A DNA stretch of 64,000 bases from an uncultured Acidobacteriota bacterium. Lineage in GTDB: Bacteria > Acidobacteriota > Thermoanaerobaculia > Multivoradales > UBA5704. The position numbers and the translations under genes were made by a program. The stretch is from positions 224,001 through 288,000 of the forward strand of contig OY969474.1 in the NCBI GenBank assembly GCA_963700145.1. The letters run 5' to 3'. A model generated the notes under the pieces. The model searched no databases. It was not told the DNA's origin and saw only the letters and a list, made by a program, of their open reading frames with translations. Below, piece after piece: positions 33,495 to 42,093 of this stretch. Position 1 is the stretch's first letter, and every line of letters begins with the position of its first letter.

Positions 33495-33570
33495 CGGTCT
33501 GCTCCTTTCGAGGAAAAAGAATTACAGCATATAACGAAGATAATCTGATGACAACCCGGGAGGGAGCTGA

Positions 33571-33830
33571 CCGCGTCGTCCGCCCGCTACGGCTTCATGG
33601 AGGACCCGGACGTACCGGCGGTGCTGCGCGGCCTGGCGGACCAGGGGATCGCGATCGACCCGGCCCACACCACCTACCTGCTCAGCCGCAGCACGCTCCT
33701 CTCTCGCGCCGAAGTCCCTCGCCGGCCGCGGGCTCGACGCGCTGTTCATCCTCATGTCCCGCAACGCCGGCAGTTCTTCCGCCTGCCGCCCACCGGCTGA
33801 TCGAGATCGGCATGCAGGTGGAGGTCCTGA
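33571..33830 (+). pseudogene. kup: Frameshifted 3' remnant of a Kup potassium transporter
   Basis: Fragments RYGFMEDPDVP...TTYLLSR, LFILMSRNA, FFRLPP and LIEIGMQVEV lie in shifting frames. Confidence 0.8.
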
Positions 33831-33831
33831 G

Positions 33832-34290
33832 CGAACCGAGTGGGTTGGCGGACCGACTGGGTCGGTGGCCGAATGGACTGGGTCTAGCGCCGAATGGACT
33901 GGGTCGGTGGCCAAACCGAGTGGGTTGACGGCCCGATGGGATGGGTTGATGGTCAAACCGAGTGGGTCGGCGGCCAAACCGACTGGGTCAGCGGCCGAAT
34001 GGACTGGGTTGACGGCCAAACCGAGTGGGTTGGCGGCCGAACCGAATGGGTTGGGCGGCCGAATGGACTGGGTCGGTGGCCAAACCGAGTGGGTTGGCCG
34101 ACGAACCGAGTGGGTCGAGCCGCCGACCCACCCCAATGAGCTGCCGACCCAGTCGATTCGCCGCCCGACCCACCCCAATGGCTGCCCGACCTGCTCAATT
34201 CGCCGGCCGACCCAGCCAGTCGAGCCGCCGACCCACCCCATCGGTCGCCTGACCCACGCGGTCCATCGACGAACCCAGTCCGTTCGCCCA
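33832..34290. repeat. 21-bp-period array with polarity switch
   Basis: About 14 units with a TGGGT core (e.g. caaaccgagtgggttggcggc) run to ~34120. About 8 units with the reverse-complement ACCCA core follow. Confidence 0.85.
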
Positions 34291-34340
34291 AGTAGCCAGG
34301 GCTTCGAGGCAAGACCTGGAGCTGCGCGTCGACTACGGCA

Positions 34341-35942
34341 CTACTTCACTTCCAGCTTCTCGACTTTCGCAGCCAGCTCAGCGATCGTCGCCTGCTGTGT
34401 CGCGAGCCGTTCTTCTTGGGCCAAGGTGTAGAGCGTCAGTTCTTCGATCTTCTCCAACAGCCGCATCTGGAACTGGCTCAAGTTGAGCCCCGACGCCTTG
34501 ATCTCCGCCGCCTTTGGCACGTTCGGGAGGTGCCTTTCAGCGCGCACGAAGGCCGCCAGCTCGTCGAGCGGCATGAGTTCGTAGTCGGGCTCGAAGACGT
34601 AGTCGGGCGCGAGGAGGGTGACGTTATCGTCGATGAAGCTGCCGCCCGAGACCCGGATGTCGCCGCCGTTGACGTGGAGCTTCGAGCTGGGACTGCTCGT
34701 GCCGATGCCGACATCGCCCGCGGAGGTCACCCGCGCACGCTCCGTGCTGTTCGTGAGGATGACGATCGGGTGGTTATTGATGCTGTTGAAGCGCGTTGTG
34801 TTGCTGGCGTTGTCGAGGCCGAAGAACAGAGTAATCGCGGAGTTCTCGTCCGCGTACTCGATGCCGGGGTATCCGGTGGCGCTTGCATTGTAGAGCCGGG
34901 CAGTCGCTGCGCTCGATGCGCTCACCCGCACGTCTAGGGCCGCTCCCGGCGCCGTCGTGCCGATGCCGACGTTGCCGGTGTTGGTGATGATCATTCGCTC
35001 GACGTTGGCAGTGAGAAAGCGAAGCGATGGGTTGGGCGCGGTGGCCGAAGCATCAGGGCGGGCGTGGAGAAAACCAGCGCCGCGTCCAAAGGTGTTGCCG
35101 CCGTAGCCGAGGTTGAAGGCGGGGCCGTTGGTTGGGTCGGGGCCGGCACTGGCGACGACATCACTTGTCGCGGTGCCGTAGAGGTGGAGTTTGGCTCCTG
35201 GGGTCGAAGTGCCGAGGCCGATGTTGCCGCTGCTGTTCACGTAGAGGGAGTGGCTCGGGGCGCCACCGCGAATGGTGAACGGCGTGCTGCCGGGATCGCC
35301 GTAGTCCAAGATCGAGAACCGCTCCTGGTCGCCGACAAGACCGTCGTTGACTTCTATCCCCCAGTCACGTGAGGGACTCCAGACGTCGGGTGTGTCGTCG
35401 AAGTAGATCCGAACATCGTAATCCTTTAACCTCAGTGGAGAGCCCTCGTCCCCTGCAACGCAAGTCGATCCGAAGCAGGCCCCACTGGTATCTACGATAG
35501 CTTCGGTGACAGACCTGAGCCCGCCGCCTCGATCCGGACGTTTCGCCACCGGGCCGTCAGGGCGCCCGGCGGCCGGATCGACAAAGCTGGCATCGCGCAC
35601 GACAATCGAGCCGTGGAGGAGCAGCGAGTGACCGGGCCTCAGCTCACGCGCCGTCCGCAGCTCGTAGGTGTAGACGCCGTCCGCCAGTCGCTCCCCACGC
35701 TCGTCGAAAAGATCGAGCGAGGGGGCCTCGCCGGCGGCGAACTGGCGCCGGACGACGGCCCCGTCTGGGGCGGCCACGGCCAGCTCGAGCTCGCCCAAGC
35801 CGGTCGCCCCTTCCCAGCTCACCGAATCCAGTGTGATGTGCATCGTAGCCATCGGCCTGGCCGCCGAGCGGGTGGGCTCCGCCGCGAGGATCGGGACCGC
35901 GGCCAGGAGAGTCAGAAGAACGAGAACCTTGACCGAGCGCAT
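34341..35942 (-). CDS. Secreted tail-fibre-like protein, paralog of 32076..33494
   Basis: Signal peptide; three G(N/D)(I/V)G(I/L)GT..P...L units; C-terminal PDYVFEPDY.L..L...HLP.VP...LLEKIEELTLY module plus a coiled coil. Confidence 0.8.
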   Translation of the reverse strand: MRSVKVLVLLTLLAAVPILAAEPTRSAARPMATMHITLDSVSWEGATGLGELELAVAAPDGAVVRRQFAAGEAPSLDLFDERGERLADGVYTYELRTARELRPGHSLLLHGSIVVRDASFVDPAAGRPDGPVAKRPDRGGGLRSVTEAIVDTSGACFGSTCVAGDEGSPLRLKDYDVRIYFDDTPDVWSPSRDWGIEVNDGLVGDQERFSILDYGDPGSTPFTIRGGAPSHSLYVNSSGNIGLGTSTPGAKLHLYGTATSDVVASAGPDPTNGPAFNLGYGGNTFGRGAGFLHARPDASATAPNPSLRFLTANVERMIITNTGNVGIGTTAPGAALDVRVSASSAATARLYNASATGYPGIEYADENSAITLFFGLDNASNTTRFNSINNHPIVILTNSTERARVTSAGDVGIGTSSPSSKLHVNGGDIRVSGGSFIDDNVTLLAPDYVFEPDYELMPLDELAAFVRAERHLPNVPKAAEIKASGLNLSQFQMRLLEKIEELTLYTLAQEERLATQQATIAELAAKVEKLEVK

Positions 35943-36028
35943 TGCATCCTCCTTCCTTCAGTTTGTTAATTCTGAAGAGTCAATATAGAGGTGCAACGAT
36001 CCCGCCCGGACCGGGACAGTCCATCCGC

Positions 36029-37273
36029 TCAGGCCAGAGGCAGGGTGAAGGAGAAGGTGCTGCCGGCGCCGACTTGGCTCTCGACCTGGATCGTGCCGCC
36101 GTGCTGCTCGACGATCCAGCGGGAGATGTAGAGGCCGAGGCCCAGACCGCCGCGGGACTCGCGGTCGAGCTGGGTGAAGCGGTCGAAGATCCCCTCGCGT
36201 TCCTCCTCCGGGATGCCGGGTCCGGTGTCGCGCACGGCGAAGCGCGCGACGCCGTCCAGGCGCTCGGCCTCGACCCATATCCGGCCGCCTTCCGGCGTGA
36301 ACTTGACGGCGTTGCCCAGGAGGTTGGCGAAGACCTGGAGGATGCGGTCGCGGTCGAAGCGGGCGACCAGCGGTCCGGGCGGGAGCTCGGCCTGGAGGGC
36401 GATCCCCTTGGCGGCGGCGGCGGGGCGCGCCCGCTCGACCGCCTCGCGCGCCACCTTGACGGCGTCGCGCGGCTCGGCCTGCATGCTCAGCCGCCCGGAG
36501 GCGATCCGCTCGAGGTCGAGGAGGTCGCCGATCAGGGTGGTCATCTGGCCGACGCAGCGCTGCACCGTCCCGGCGAGGCCGCGGACGAGCCCGCCGCTCT
36601 CTCCCGGCGGCGCGTTCTCGCGCATCAGGTCGGCCGAAAGCGCGATCGTGTGCAGCGGGTCGCGCAGGTCGTGGCTGACGATGGCCAAGATCTCGTCGCG
36701 GGTGACGACCGGCTCGTGCCGCACGCCGGCGGCCCGGGCGGCGAGCTGGCCGACCGCCTCGTCCGCCCGCTCCCGCTCGTGCGCCAGATGGCCGTCGGTC
36801 TGCCGGCGCTCGCTTTCGAGCAGCCGCTCCTGCAGCTCCAGCCGCTCCCGGCGCTCGCGCTCGAGCGCCGCGTCGGCCCGCTCGCGCTCCTGGCGCAACA
36901 GCTCGTTCGCCCGCTCGCGCTCTTCGCGGACCGCCTCGTCGGCGAGCTGCCGCTCCTGGGCGATCGCCTCGCCCACCTGCGCCGCCTCCGGCACCTCTTC
37001 CGCCAGGGTCTGCTCGACCCTCTCGCCCGCCTCCTGGCGCACGTCCTCGATCGCCAGGTCGGCCTCCACGCGCTCGCGCTGCAGGCTCTCGTCGGTCTGG
37101 GCGCGCACCTCCTCGACCGTCGCCACCGTCTTCGCGGCGGCCTCGGTCATTCCCTCGGCGATCGCCTGGTCGGCCAGCGAGCGCTCTTGCTGCAGGCTCT
37201 CGTCGGTGAGGACGCGCGGGGCCTGCAAGTCCGGAAGCGCGTCCGGCGCTGGGTCGGGCGGCTGCGTCGCCAT
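36029..37273 (-). CDS. Cytoplasmic histidine kinase with coiled-coil N-terminus
   Basis: H-box [29 protein letters not shown]. No transmembrane segment. Alternative start at 37282. Confidence 0.9.
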   Translation of the reverse strand: MATQPPDPAPDALPDLQAPRVLTDESLQQERSLADQAIAEGMTEAAAKTVATVEEVRAQTDESLQRERVEADLAIEDVRQEAGERVEQTLAEEVPEAAQVGEAIAQERQLADEAVREERERANELLRQERERADAALERERRERLELQERLLESERRQTDGHLAHERERADEAVGQLAARAAGVRHEPVVTRDEILAIVSHDLRDPLHTIALSADLMRENAPPGESGGLVRGLAGTVQRCVGQMTTLIGDLLDLERIASGRLSMQAEPRDAVKVAREAVERARPAAAAKGIALQAELPPGPLVARFDRDRILQVFANLLGNAVKFTPEGGRIWVEAERLDGVARFAVRDTGPGIPEEEREGIFDRFTQLDRESRGGLGLGLYISRWIVEQHGGTIQVESQVGAGSTFSFTLPLA

Positions 37274-37326
37274 GGTCTCCACCCCCCTCGGAGAGATTTT
37301 CGGCTACGGCGGTGTCGAAGGAGATT

Positions 37327-37713
37327 CTAAGCCTTCGTCGGTCCGGCGGCGCGCAGGAGGTAGGTCTCGGCCCCCACCACCTCCGGGTCGAGGGCGAACT
37401 CGTAGAGCTGGAGGCCGCCGAAGAGGGCCTTGACGCGCGGCCAACCGGCGGCCTGCATGTGGCGGGCCCCCTCGACGGCGAGGGCGCCGTCGTCGTCGAA
37501 GAGGACGACGTCCCGGTCGGCCGGCGGCGCCCAGTCGGGGCCGGGATAGGGGACGGCGCCCAGTAGGTTGAGGACGCCGGGCTCGGGGCGGACGTCCACG
37601 AGGAGCGGCGGGTCGCCCTCGCGCAACCGGCGGAAGACGGCGTAGGGCGAGACCTCGAGCTGGATGTCGAACTGGACGACGGGGGTGTCATCCTCGAGGA
37701 AGCGGGTCGGCAC
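37327..37713 (-). CDS. Rhodanese-like domain protein lacking the catalytic Cys
   Basis: [14 protein letters not shown] (Asp at the usual Cys position), VKALFGG. Confidence 0.7.
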   Translation of the reverse strand: MPTRFLEDDTPVVQFDIQLEVSPYAVFRRLREGDPPLLVDVRPEPGVLNLLGAVPYPGPDWAPPADRDVVLFDDDGALAVEGARHMQAAGWPRVKALFGGLQLYEFALDPEVVGAETYLLRAAGPTKA

Positions 37714-37724
37714 GTTCTCCGCGC

Positions 37725-38927
37725 CTAGCCGAGGGCGGCGTCGTGGTCGGCCCAGATCAGGCCGGCCATGACCTTGGGCAGGAAGCGGGTGGACTTCGGC
37801 GGCAGCATCTCCCCTTCGGCGATCGCCGCCGCAAACTCCGCCGGCCGCATCGGCGGCAGGAAGATGGCGGTCCCGAGCTCGCCGCCGGCGACCTGCTTCC
37901 AGAGCTCCGCCGGGTTGGCGCGATAGACAACGGTGCCGTCGGTCGCGGCCTCGGGCGGCAGGCCGAGCGCGGGGAGCACGTCGTCGCGCAGGACGACGAC
38001 CGCCGGGCGCTCGCCGCCGCCGAAACTCCAGACCTCCGGCTCGCCGCCGGCGGCCCAGAGGCCGAGGGCCGGCTGCGGCGCGGCGGCCACGGCGGCGGCG
38101 AAGGCTGGGCCGTCGCCGCCGCGGAAAGGCGCCCGCGCCGCGGCGAGCGGGGCGAGCTGGCCGAGGTCGCCCGGCGTGCGCAGGGCGCGGTGGATCGGGT
38201 CGATCGTCAGAGCGGGGGAGTCCAGGCTGGTCACCACGGCGAGCTTGGCGGCGGCGGCGCTCCCCAGGGCGGCGCTGTGGCGCTCGGCGTAGCGCTGCGC
38301 CACCTTGTAGCGGTGGTGGCCGTCGGCGATGGCGCCGGGGCCGGCGAGCGCCTCGCGGTAGCGCGCGATCCGCGCCGGGTCGTCGATCCGGTAGAGCAGA
38401 TGGCGGTGGCCGTCGGCGTCCTCGTACGAAACGAGCGGCTCGACGCCCGCGAGGTCCTCGGCGAGCAACGCGTCGAGGCGCCCGCCGTCCTCGGCGAGGA
38501 GGAGGATCGGCTCGATGTCCACCCGCATCGCCTCGAGCAGCGCCAGGCGGTCGGCGAACGGCTTGTCGAGGGTCTGCTCGTGCGGCCGGATGGCACGCGC
38601 GTCCTCCAGCTCGACGAGGCCGGCGATCCCGAGGCGTTTCCCCGCGCCGCCGGCCAGCTCGATGACGTACGGGTAGAGCGCCGGCCGCGCCTCGCGCGTC
38701 ACGACGCCGTCGTCGAGCCAGCGGCGGTGGAGTGCCGCGGCGTGAGCGTAGGGATCGGCGCCGTCCGGCGCCACCGGCCGGGAGATGTGGACGAACTGGT
38801 GCGGGGACTGGGCGTGGAAGCGGTCGCGCTGCCGGTCGTCGATCTGGTCGTAGGGCGGCGCGGCGAGGGCGCCGGCCTGGTCGGCGGGGCGGTCGTAGCG
38901 CAGGCCCTGGAAGGCGTGGAGGCGCAT
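37725..38927 (-). CDS. DUF1015 family protein
   Basis: MRLHAFQGLRY, APPYD, IRPHE, IADGHHRY, PPKSTRFLPK. Confidence 0.88.
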   Translation of the reverse strand: MRLHAFQGLRYDRPADQAGALAAPPYDQIDDRQRDRFHAQSPHQFVHISRPVAPDGADPYAHAAALHRRWLDDGVVTREARPALYPYVIELAGGAGKRLGIAGLVELEDARAIRPHEQTLDKPFADRLALLEAMRVDIEPILLLAEDGGRLDALLAEDLAGVEPLVSYEDADGHRHLLYRIDDPARIARYREALAGPGAIADGHHRYKVAQRYAERHSAALGSAAAAKLAVVTSLDSPALTIDPIHRALRTPGDLGQLAPLAAARAPFRGGDGPAFAAAVAAAPQPALGLWAAGGEPEVWSFGGGERPAVVVLRDDVLPALGLPPEAATDGTVVYRANPAELWKQVAGGELGTAIFLPPMRPAEFAAAIAEGEMLPPKSTRFLPKVMAGLIWADHDAALG

Positions 38928-38948
38928 GGCGGGCGTTATTCTATGGGC

Positions 38949-40619
38949 ATGACTCGCAAGCTGCCGACCGCACTCGTCCTGACGTCCCTGGCCACGTTCC
39001 TCGTCACCTTCCTCGCCCCGGCGCCCGCCGTCCTCGCTCAGGGGCACGAGCACGACCATACGCATGCCGATCCGGCCGCGAGCCTGGGCAACGTGCGCTT
39101 CCCGACCTCCTGCCGCCCGGAGGTCGCCGCCGACTTCGAGCGCGGCGTCGCCCACCTCCACTCCTTCGGCTACGAGGCGGCGCGCATCGCTTTCGCCGCG
39201 GTCGCCGAGCGCGACCCCGCCTGCGCCATGGCGCAGTGGGGGATCGCGATGAGCTGGTACCACCCGATCTGGGCGCCGCCGACGCCGCAGGAGCTCGCCG
39301 CCGGCCGCGCGGCGGCGGAGAAGGCGGCGACGCTGGGCGCCCCGACGCCGCGCGAGCAGGGGTACGTCGCCGCCATCGGCGCCTTCTACAAGGACGCCGA
39401 CCGGCTCGACCACAAGACCCGCGCCCGGGCCTACCTGGCGGCGGTCGAGGAGCTGGCGCGCCGCCAGCCGGACGACCACGAGGCGGCGATCTTCCACGCC
39501 CTCGCTCTGCTCGCCACCGCGCCGCCGAGCGACGCCACCTACGCGCAGCAGAAGCAGGCCGCCGCCATCCTCGACCGCATCCTGCCGCTGGCGCCCGAGC
39601 ACCCGGGCGTCGCCCACTACATCATTCACTCCTTCGACTATCCCGAGCTGGCGACGCTGGCGCTGCCGGCGGCGCGGCGCTACGCCAAGATCGCTCCGGC
39701 CTCGGCGCACGCGCTGCACATGCCGTCGCACATCTTCGTCCGCCTCGGGCTCTGGCAGGAGGCGATCGACTCCAACCTCGCCTCCGCCGCGGCCGCCGAC
39801 CGCTGGGTCGCCGAGAGGCACCCGGGCGCCGCCGCCTTCGACACCCTCCACGCGCTCGACTACCTCGCCTACGGCTACCTCCAGACCTGCCAGGACGACA
39901 AGGCGAAGGAGGTCCTGGCGCGGACCGCGGCGGCGCGCACCTTCGACGATCCCGGCTTCGCGGTGGGCTACGCGGTCGCCGCGGTGCCGGCGCGGTGGAC
40001 CCTCGAGCGGCGCCGCTGGGCCGAGGCCGCGGCGTTGCCGCCGCCGCTGCCGTCGCTCCCCTGGGAGCGCTACCCCTACGCCCTCGCCCTCCACCACTTC
40101 GCCCGCTCGCTGGGAGCGGCGCGGAGCGGCGACGCCGCGGCGGCGCGCACGGCGCTGGGCGAGATCGAGCGCCTCCATGCCACCCTGCGAGAGGCGCCGC
40201 CGGCCGGGCCGTACGACTGGGCGGGGCAGGTCGAGGCGCTGCGGCTCGCCGCCGCCGGCTGGCTGGCGCGGGCCGAAGGAAAGGACGACGAGGCGATGCG
40301 CCTGCTGACGGCGGCGGCCGATCTCGAGGACAAGGTGGGGAAGCACCCGGTGACGCCGGGGGCGGTGCTGCCGGCGCGCGAGCTGCTGGCCGACCTGCTG
40401 CTCGAGCGGGGGAAGGGCGCGGCGGCGCTGGCGGAGTACGACGCGGTGCTGCGGTCGGCCCCCGGCCGCTTCAACGCGCTCTACGGCGCGGCGCGCGCCG
40501 CCGAGCTCGCCGGCGACGGGACGGCGGCGCGGCAACGGTACGAGGCGCTCGTCGCGCTCTGCGCGGAAGGCGACCGCGACGAGCTGCGGCGGGCGCGGGA
40601 GGTCCTGGCCGCGCGCTGA
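38949..40619 (+). CDS. Secreted TPR-like helical repeat protein
   Basis: Signal peptide; FERGVAHLHSF, CAMAQWG, HPGVAHYIIH, HALHMPSHIF. Confidence 0.82.
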   Translation: MTRKLPTALVLTSLATFLVTFLAPAPAVLAQGHEHDHTHADPAASLGNVRFPTSCRPEVAADFERGVAHLHSFGYEAARIAFAAVAERDPACAMAQWGIAMSWYHPIWAPPTPQELAAGRAAAEKAATLGAPTPREQGYVAAIGAFYKDADRLDHKTRARAYLAAVEELARRQPDDHEAAIFHALALLATAPPSDATYAQQKQAAAILDRILPLAPEHPGVAHYIIHSFDYPELATLALPAARRYAKIAPASAHALHMPSHIFVRLGLWQEAIDSNLASAAAADRWVAERHPGAAAFDTLHALDYLAYGYLQTCQDDKAKEVLARTAAARTFDDPGFAVGYAVAAVPARWTLERRRWAEAAALPPPLPSLPWERYPYALALHHFARSLGAARSGDAAAARTALGEIERLHATLREAPPAGPYDWAGQVEALRLAAAGWLARAEGKDDEAMRLLTAAADLEDKVGKHPVTPGAVLPARELLADLLLERGKGAAALAEYDAVLRSAPGRFNALYGAARAAELAGDGTAARQRYEALVALCAEGDRDELRRAREVLAAR

Positions 40620-40708
40620 GGGGCCGCGAAACCCGCCGCCGCGGCGGCGCGTACTGCATGGCATGGGACGCCGGCGGACCACCGGCACCTCCTCACGGAG
40701 ACCACGCC

Positions 40709-41425
40709 ATGCAAGCCGCCATCCTCGACCTTCACGCCGAGCCGGAAGCGCCGCGCGCCGCGGGTGCGCCGTCCGACAACCCGCTCGTGCGCTTCCTGCA
40801 CGCGCCCGTCGAGCCGCGCACCTGGGGGAACCTCCTCTACCTGCTCCTCGCCTTCCCGTTCGGGCTCTGCTACTTCGTGCTCCTGACGGTGGGCTTCTCG
40901 GTCGGCCTCGGGCTGGTCATCATCTGGGTCGGCCTGCTCATCCTGGCGCTGACCTTCGCCATGATCTGGGGGGGCGCGGCCCTCGAGCGGCTCCTCGCCA
41001 TCGGCCTCCTCGGCGCGCGGGTACCGCCGATGTTCACGCCCGGGGCGCCCGGCCGCCGGCCGCTCCAGCGCGCCCGCGACGTCCTCGCCAACCCGGTCAC
41101 CTGGACCGGGCTGCTCTTCCTGCTCCTCAAGCTGCCCTTGGGGATCGTCTCCTTCGTCCTCTGGGTGACGCTGGTCGCGCTCGCCGGCGCGCTCATGGCC
41201 GCGCCCTTCCTCTACCAGGAGTGGCCGCCGCAGATCTTCTTCTACGAGATCGACACCCTCCCGGAGGCGGTGGCTTGCGGGGTGGCGGGGGTGCTGGTGG
41301 CCCTCGTCTCGCTCAACCTCTTCAACGGGCTCGCCGCGGTCTGGCGCTGGCTGGCGGAGCGGATGCTGGGGAACGACCGCCACCAAGCTCTCGCCAGCGG
41401 AAGCAGCTCCGCAGGTGGTCGTTGA
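40709..41425 (+). CDS. Stand-alone membrane 'putative sensor' domain protein
   Basis: Four hydrophobic helices; TWGNLLYLLL and TWTGLLFLLLKLPLG patterns; no kinase domain. Confidence 0.75.
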   Translation: MQAAILDLHAEPEAPRAAGAPSDNPLVRFLHAPVEPRTWGNLLYLLLAFPFGLCYFVLLTVGFSVGLGLVIIWVGLLILALTFAMIWGGAALERLLAIGLLGARVPPMFTPGAPGRRPLQRARDVLANPVTWTGLLFLLLKLPLGIVSFVLWVTLVALAGALMAAPFLYQEWPPQIFFYEIDTLPEAVACGVAGVLVALVSLNLFNGLAAVWRWLAERMLGNDRHQALASGSSSAGGR

Positions 41426-41960
41426 CCAGGCCGACCGCCTGCATCGTGGCGTAGACGATCGTCGGGCCGACGAAGCGGAAGCCGCGGCCGCGGAGGTCGC
41501 GGCTGAGCGCGTCGGCCTCCGGCGTCGTCACCGGCACTTCGGCCGGCGTACGGAAGCCGTTCTGCCGCGGCCGGCCGCCGGCGAAGCCCCAGAGGTAGCG
41601 GTCGAAGGAGCCGTGCTCGGCCTGCACCTCCAGGAAGCAACGGGCGTTGCCGATCGCCGCCGCGACCTTGGCGCGGTTGCGCACGATGCCGGGATCGGCG
41701 AGGAGGCGCTCGACGTCGGCCTCGCCGAAGCTCGCGACCGCGCGCGGATCGAAGCCGGCGAAGGCCCGGCGGTAGCCGTCACGGCGCTCCAGGATCGTGC
41801 GCCACGACAGCCCCGCCTGCGCCCCTTCCAGCACCAGGAACTCGAAGAGCGTGCGGTCGTCGTGGACCGGCGCCCCCCACTCGCGGTCGTGGTAGGCAAC
41901 CATGTGGGGCTCGGTGCCGGCCCAGGGGCAACGGGGGGACTCGGCGGCGGTGCTAACCAC
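41322..41960 (-). CDS. tag: DNA-3-methyladenine glycosylase I
   Basis: RCPW, YHDREWG, LEGAQAGLSW, GIVRNRAK, FVGPTIVY, NDH...C. Confidence 0.95.
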   Translation of the reverse strand: MVSTAAESPRCPWAGTEPHMVAYHDREWGAPVHDDRTLFEFLVLEGAQAGLSWRTILERRDGYRRAFAGFDPRAVASFGEADVERLLADPGIVRNRAKVAAAIGNARCFLEVQAEHGSFDRYLWGFAGGRPRQNGFRTPAEVPVTTPEADALSRDLRGRGFRFVGPTIVYATMQAVGLVNDHLRSCFRWRELGGGRSPASAPPASARPRRAR

Positions 41961-42093
41961 GGGTGCATTTTACTGCCCGAGTTGTGCTAATCTCCGGCGC
42001 AATCTCGGGATTGATGCAGGTCCCGCGGAGGCGCTTGCCCGGCTCGACGGGTGCGCCTGCGCGGGTCCGCATACACCACGGATGGAGCTGTCG

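Noticed and set aside
33832-34290. Possible CRISPR array
   Set aside because: Units are contiguous 21-mers with no unique spacers, and there are no cas genes in the window.
32076-35942. Diversity-generating retroelement acting on the fibre paralogs
   Set aside because: No reverse transcriptase is present, and no template/variable repeat pair with adenine-specific differences was seen.
41322-41425. 104-bp convergent overlap between tag and the sensor-domain gene
   Set aside because: It is explained by a non-conserved C-terminal run-on of tag in GC-rich DNA, with no sign of function.
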